A stretch of 64,000 nucleotides of DNA from Opitutales bacterium. GTDB lineage: Bacteria > Verrucomicrobiota > Verrucomicrobiia > Opitutales > UBA2987. The DNA is taken from positions 160,001 through 224,000 of the forward strand of contig CBDDEL010000017.1 in the NCBI GenBank assembly GCA_965226885.1. Direction: 5' to 3'. The translations under genes and the position numbers were made by a program. The notes beneath the pieces were generated by a model, which saw nothing but the letters and a program-made list of their open reading frames with translations, was not told the DNA's origin and did not search any database. Positions within the stretch are counted from its first letter, which is position 1; each line of letters begins with the position of its first letter. This document shows, in pieces, positions 58,167 to 64,000 of the stretch.

Positions 58167-58348
58167 TGAGCGAATCATCAAAAAATCCGCCTGGTGAGGG
58201 GATCAATCGATCCACTGAGGATGTGGACCAAGAGTTCTACCAGTTTTTAACATCCGATAGCGAAACCCTCTTAAGAACCGGAATCCGGTTGGCCAGAAAA
58301 AAAGAACTTATTCTCCAAGAATTATTGGACCGGGGGGACATATCATGA
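58166..58348 (+). CDS. Small hypothetical protein of the satellite-like operon
   Basis: Overlaps the stop of xis and the start of the primase gene. Confidence 0.55.
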   Translation: MSESSKNPPGEGINRSTEDVDQEFYQFLTSDSETLLRTGIRLARKKELILQELLDRGDIS

Positions 58349-60455
58349 TTGCCCCAGAAGAATCGTTTCGGCGGGCAATGGCCGCTGCCGGGATTGTTAC
58401 CAGCGTCCCAATCATTGCTGGCAGAGATATTCACCGTTTTGATGTAGGCGATGATAGGCCATCGGGCATTGGATCAAGAAATGGATGGTACGTATAGTTT
58501 CGACGGCGAACTACCGGCTGGGGCATTCGGTTGCTGGCGACGGGGAATTAAGGAAAATTGGTGTTCGTATATTTCGAAAAGCTGGCATTCGGTTGGGGCT
58601 TTCCCCAAAAGAGCAAGATCGGATAAAAAAACGGCACCGTGAAACAAAGATTCTATGGAAACAAGAACAGGTAAAAATACACGCTGAGGCGCGGGAGGAA
58701 GCCAACCGTATATGGAATGAATCCAAAGCGGTCCAGGGCCATGAATATCTAAGAAATAAAGGCGTTAAACCCTTTGGAGTCCGCGACCACAACGGCACCC
58801 TCATTGTCCCGTTAAAAGACGCTCAGGACACCCTCAACAGCCTTCAATCCATTAGCCCTAATGGAACCAAGCGGTTCCTGCCGGGTGGGAAGATTAAGGG
58901 CTGCTATCACCTGATTGGAACGCCCGATGAAATCCTTTATATTACCGAAGGTTATTCCACCGGGGCCACTGTTCACGATGCTACCGGCGAGGCGGTGGTA
59001 GTGGCATTCAACGCGGGAAATCTCCAAAACGTAGCTGAGATTCTACGGCGCAAATATGGGGATATTTCCATTGTAATTGCCGCCGATAACGACGCATTTA
59101 CAGACGGAAACCCTGGCCTGACCAAAGCGAAGGAAGCGGCAACCGCGGTCGGCGGAAAAATCGCGGTGCCGGTGTTCAATGACGTATCCAGCAAGCCAAC
59201 TGATTTTAACGATCTGTGTCAGCTTGAGGGTGCCGAAAAGGTGGAGAAATTGCTTGAGGAAGCATCTGAGCCCGTAGAACCCATTCCGGTGGTTCTAGGC
59301 AGGCTGGCGGCCCTCTCACCAATAAAATATGACCAATGCCGGAAGGCGGAAGCAACACGGATGGGAATCCAGGTTTCAACTTTGGATACTGAAGTAAAAA
59401 AGCTCAAGCCAAAGAGCGATAATTCCAAAGAGGTAGGCGGCACAGAAATTAAGTTTGAAGAAATTGAGCCGTGGCCTGATTCAGTGGATGGCGAAGCATT
59501 ATTAGATGAACTTGCTGATTCATTTTCACGGTATGTTTTTCTTCAGCCTGGTTGCAGAGAGGTAGGGGCTTTATTTACGGTGTTTACCTACGTTCATGAC
59601 GCTTTTTATGTTTCACCAATTCTGGCGGCCCTTTCACCCGATAAGCGATGCGGTAAGACAACTTATCTAAATCACCTTCAACGCCTGGCCCATAAAGGCA
59701 GGTTGGCTTCAAATATCAGTCCGGCTGCTATATTCCGGTTCACGGAAAAATATTCGCCGACTCTAATAATTGACGAAGCGGACACATTTCTCAAAAAAAA
59801 TCCTGAGATCATTGGTATTCTCAACTCAGGCCACCTAAAGGAATCCGCAACAATTATCAGGGTCGGGGCCGACGATAACGAAGTACTGGAATTTAATACC
59901 TGGGCACCAAAGGCAATCGGGATGATTGGCAAATTGCCGCCAACGCTGTTGGATAGATCAATCGTTGTTCACATGCGCCGAAAATTAACGGGTGAACTGA
60001 CAACAAAGTTTCGACCCAAATACAAAGAAGAATTTCTGGAATTTAGACGAAAACTTACCCGGTGGGGCGCAGACAATATTGAGATACTCAAGACCATTGA
60101 ACCGGACATTCCCGAAGGGTTGAACGACCGCGCTGCCGATAATTGGGAACCGCTACTTGCGATTGCAGAGGAAGCGGGGGGCGAATGGCCGAATAAGGCC
60201 AAGGAAGCAATCCAGGTTTTAACCAAAAATGAAGTAGATGACGATTCATTGGGCGCAATGCTACTAAAGGACATCAAAGATATTTTTGAAAAAAGGGGAA
60301 CAGACCGGATTTTCACCAAAGACCTGCTTGATACCCTTGCTAAAATGGACGAACGACGCTGGCCCGAATTTCGTAATAGCAAACCAATTTCTGCCCCCCA
60401 GTTGGCAAAATTATTAAAAATATATAAAATATCTGCGGCGGGGACAATTCGGATT

Positions 60456-61780
60456 TGATGTGCACTGGAAAAAGTGGACACGAGATTCTCCTAAATGGAG
60501 AATCGAAGCATGGGAAGAAGACGCAGTATAGAGTTCAAAAATGAGGCAGTTCAACTGATGATACTCGATGGTCTGAGCGCCACCGAGGTATCGACCAAAC
60601 TTGGGGTCAACACCAACCAATTGTATAGGTGGAAGAGGCTCTATCTGGACGATCAGCAGGGCGAAGCCACCTCAAAGCGACAGAGCAGTCCGAAGGAGAT
60701 GGCGGCCGAGATAGATCGTCTTCGCAAAGAGCTGCGCCGCTCGGAGCGGATCAACCAGATACTAAAAAAAACGGTGGGCTACTTTGCCAAGGACGAACAA
60801 TGAAGTACCAGTTTGTCAAAGACAACGAGGGGCGCTTCAAGATCGAGGAAATATGCTCGGCGATGGGGATTTGTCGCAGTGGCTATTACTGCTGGAGGCA
60901 CCGAGCGCCCTCGGCCCGGCGGATCGAGGACGAGGGAATCAAGGGGGCGATCCTGAAGGTACACAAAGAGGCCAAGGGCCGCTATGGGCATCGGCCAATG
61001 CACCGCCATCTGAAGGATGATGAGGGCATCGATTGCGGCCGTGACCGGGCTCTGCGTCTGATGCGTGAAATGGGAATCAAAAGCACCCAGAGTAAACGCT
61101 TTAAGCCATTAAAAACCAACAGTAACCATCCCTATGGTTACAGCCCCAATGTGCTTAAAAAGCATGGCCAGCCGACCCATATCGACGAGGTCTGGGTGGC
61201 GGACACGACCTACCTACGGACCCTGGCCGGTTGGATGTACTTGGCCACGGTGATGGACCTGTTCAGCCGACGCCTGCTGGGCTGGAGCGTTTCCAACCAC
61301 AACGACGCGAAGCTGGTTGGCAAGGCCCTCAAAGCCGCGGCCATGACCCGCGGCACACTGCGCACCGGGATTATTCATCACAGCGATCGGGGCAGCCCCT
61401 ACGCCAGCGACGACTATCAGAGGCTGGTCTCTGAACTAGGCATGAAGCCGAGCATGAGCGCCCAAGGCAACTGCTACGACAACGCGGCCATGGAATCGTT
61501 CTACGGCCGCTTCAAGACCAGCACGATTCGAGGCCGCCACTTTGCCGACGAGCGCGAACTGCGATCAACTGTCTTCGAATACGTGGAAATCTTCTACAAC
61601 CGATATCGCAAACATTCCTCTCTGAGTTACCAAAGCCCAGTCCAATTCGAGGAAAATATTTGCCCCCCATGGGGGGCAACGAGAAAACAAAACCCTTTAC
61701 CAAAACAAGCCGCCTGACACACTAATCAATAAACAATGAATATAAGAGAATCCCGTGTCCAACAAATCCAGTACACGTCA
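60456..61780 (+). mobile_element. IS3-family element, copy 3 (1325 bp)
   Basis: IRs, 4-bp TSD gatt. Confidence 0.96.
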
Positions 61781-61857
61781 GATTGGGGGAGAAACCGCAA
61801 AAGGATACAAAAAAGAAAGCTTTTTAGATGCTTTTCGCAGATATACCCTCAACTGTG

Positions 61858-61986
61858 CCGTCACAACGTCACAAACCACTGTTGATGCGGGTTCCAGCCC
61901 AATTGGAAACGTCACACACAACCCAATTGTGACGGATAAAAATCAGCCCCAGGCCAGTATTGATGCGGGTTGTGACGGTGTGACGG
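61858..61986. repeat. Symmetric array of six CGTCACA heptamers (candidate origin of replication)
   Basis: Forward at 61859, 61867, 61910; reverse at 61928, 61971, 61979; ttgatgcgggtt occurs twice. Confidence 0.7.
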
Positions 61987-62017
61987 ATGAAAACAGGGAA
62001 ATCCATAGGCTGCGGGT

Positions 62018-62473
62018 ATGAAAGCGCAAATATTGATTGAAGAAATCTATTCCGCCGGGGCGCGTTTGGTGATCGACGGGCCTGATATTATTATCGAAAG
62101 GACGGGGGGCCCATTGTCCGATCATCTTATTGACGAACTACGAAGCCACAAATCGGAAGTCATCTCAGCACTACGGGACGGGGGGCCCGGTCAACCCCTG
62201 GATGCCGACGAATGTTCTGATATCATTTCTGGGAAAGAACGCTACCCATACAAATTCGTCGGCGAAAACGTGTCCTTTCTGCTCTCTGGCGAAATCGTGG
62301 GTTGTCTAGCGCCACCGGGCGCGAAATTTGCCCAAGGAACAATTCTCAGCCAGCAATGGCTGGGATACACCAAAATAGGAAATATCCCCGAATATTCGTT
62401 AAATATCAGAACCGATGACGGCGTGGTTCATACCCGCCGCCTGGTTGAGCACTACATCGCGGCAATAAGGTAA
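62018..62473 (+). CDS. Hypothetical protein with a TubC-N-like N-terminus
   Basis: ATGA overlap with the helicase stop; AGARLVIDG...ELRSHKSEVISAL pattern. Confidence 0.6.
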   Translation: MKAQILIEEIYSAGARLVIDGPDIIIERTGGPLSDHLIDELRSHKSEVISALRDGGPGQPLDADECSDIISGKERYPYKFVGENVSFLLSGEIVGCLAPPGAKFAQGTILSQQWLGYTKIGNIPEYSLNIRTDDGVVHTRRLVEHYIAAIR

Positions 62474-62578
62474 AACAATGAACAATCAGGCATTAGAAAA
62501 AGCGACGCAGACCGGGGGGATCGTTCCACTGGCAAAGGTAATCCGCAAACAAGGTTTCACCCTGACTCAGACATGGAG

Positions 62579-64000
62579 TGTAAACGCCGGGGAAAAACCG
62601 GTACGGTAAAGAGGCCGCTTTAAAACCGGTACGCTTATCCTAGAAAGGAGGAGTGTATCGAGATATGAAGCAATGGACAAGAGTGCGGCACAAAGTGCTG
62701 CGGGACAAGCAGAGCAAGCGCTCTGTAATGCGAGAAGAGGGACTGCACTGGGAGACCCTGGGAAAGATGCTGGCCTATTCCCAGCCGCCGGGATACCGGC
62801 GCAAGAAGAGGCGAGAGCGCAAGATCGATCCGTATGTGGGCTGGATCGAGGAGGTGCTCAAAGCGGACCGGAACGTGCCCAAGAAGCAGCGCCATACGGC
62901 CAAACGGATCTACCAGCGTTTGGGTCGGGAGAAGGGCTACCAAGGGGGCTACACGGCGGTCAAGGAGGTGGTGGCCGAGCTGCGAGCGAGGCGGCGGGAA
63001 GTGTTCGTGCCGCTGGAGCACCGCCCCGGGGAGGGACAGGTGGACTTCGGTCATGCCCTGGTGAAGGAGGCGGGGCAATTGCGTAGGCGGCCATTTTTTG
63101 CCATGAGCCTGCCCTACAGCGATGCCTTTTTCGTGCAGGTGTTCGAACGGGAGTGCACGGAGAGCTTCTGGGAGGGGCACCTGCGAGCTTTTGAGTTTTT
63201 CGGGGCGGTGCCCCGGCGCATCAGCTATGACAACTCGAAGGTGGCGGTGGGTAAGATTATCGGTTCGCGTGAACGCAAGCTGACCGACGGGTTTCTGCAG
63301 CTACAGAGCCATTACCTGTTCGAGGAACACTTCTGTCTGCCCGCCCGGCCCAACGAGAAGGGCGTGGTCGAGGGGATCGTGCGTTATGCCCGGGCCAACT
63401 TCCTGGTACCGGTACCGCAGGTTCGGGACCTGGAGGAACTCAACGCAAAGCTGTTGGAGGCATGTGAGCGGGACATGGAGCGTAAATTACGCGGGAAAAG
63501 GGCGGTGAAAAAGGAACTGCTGGCCGAGGAGCGCGCCGTCATGCTGGCGTTGCCGCCCATACCCTTTGAAGCGAGCCGCAAACGCTCGACCTGCGTCAGC
63601 AGCCTCTCGCTGGTGCGCTTCGAGTGCAACGACTATTCGGTGCCGGTGCGCTGCGCCCACCATCCGGTGGTGGTGGAAGGGTCCTGTCGGCAGGTGGTGA
63701 TCTTCTGTGGGGGCCAAGAGGTGGCCCGGCACCCTTCTGTGGGGGCCAAGAGGTGGCCCGGCACCGCCGCATTTGGGATAAAGAGCAAGTCTCTTTCGAG
63801 CCGGTGCACTACCTGGCTTTGCTGGAGAAAAAACCGGGCGCTTTGGACTTCGCCCGCCCACTCTCGGGCTGGCAGTTGCCGCAGTGCCTGCAGGTCCTCA
63901 GACGCCGGCTCGAAAGCCAATGCGGGGGCGAAGGCACCCGGGAGTATATCCGGGTGCTGCGGCTGTTGGAGAAACACCCCATGGCGGCCTTGCAGCAGGC
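62579..64000 (+). mobile_element. istA: IS21-family element, partial; istA from GTG 62653, frameshifted by a 32-bp duplication
   Basis: TGT end with repeated aaaaccggtacg; QVDFG, YDN, NEKGVVE, YSVP motifs; duplication at 63702-63765. Confidence 0.9.

Larger units (their letters stand above)
58345..62021 (+). pseudogene. Toprim primase fused to a DUF3631-type P-loop helicase; two 5' frameshifts and an IS3 insertion
   Basis: RNGWY..GAFGCWR, ITEGYSTG, AADND, DFNDL, Walker A PDKRCGKTT, IIDEAD, RAADNWEPL, TIRI|GGETAKGY. Confidence 0.85.

Noticed and set aside
63702..63765. 32-bp direct repeat as a CRISPR repeat
   Set aside because: Two adjacent copies with no spacer inside istA, and no cas genes in the window.
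1005..63977. Numerous short overlapping or antisense ORFs in the ORF track
   Set aside because: They are shadow frames of GC-rich genes and repeated IS elements, without recognisable motifs.

Overview
64 kb of a bacterial chromosome. The gene set and order (rnhC-rnhB tandem, long SecA, Lys/Ala-rich HTH protein) suggest Verrucomicrobiota/Opitutae; that assignment is inference. About 25 kb (~39%, my count from element ends) is insertion sequence: 8 IS1380 copies in two subtypes, 4 full-length and 1 partial copy of one IS1-family element plus 2 ends of a second IS1 species, 3 full-span and 1 partial IS3-family copies, an IS5/ISNCY-like element plus a fragment, one IS630 and a partial IS21. Intact housekeeping islands (tgt, trpG/pabA, nrdR, HIT, lysA, nnr, pdxJ, rnhB, rnhC, mutY, PNP, lnt, secA) lie among IS-split or frameshifted genes, which looks like an early genome-erosion state. 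The most notable items are: (1) a recurrent signature of perfect 8-32 bp tandem duplications that frameshift genes; (2) a degraded phage-satellite-like replicon (Xis, Toprim/DUF3631 primase-helicase) with a symmetric six-heptamer candidate origin; (3) two tandem, apparently exported DUF62 SAM hydrolases, both inactivated; (4) an IS1 element whose InsB lies in the +1 rather than the -1 frame; (5) a candidate structured RNA at the IS1380 3' end; and (6) a candidate H-NS-analogue nucleoid protein. No CRISPR array, rRNA or tRNA was seen. All family calls come from motif recognition, not database searches.
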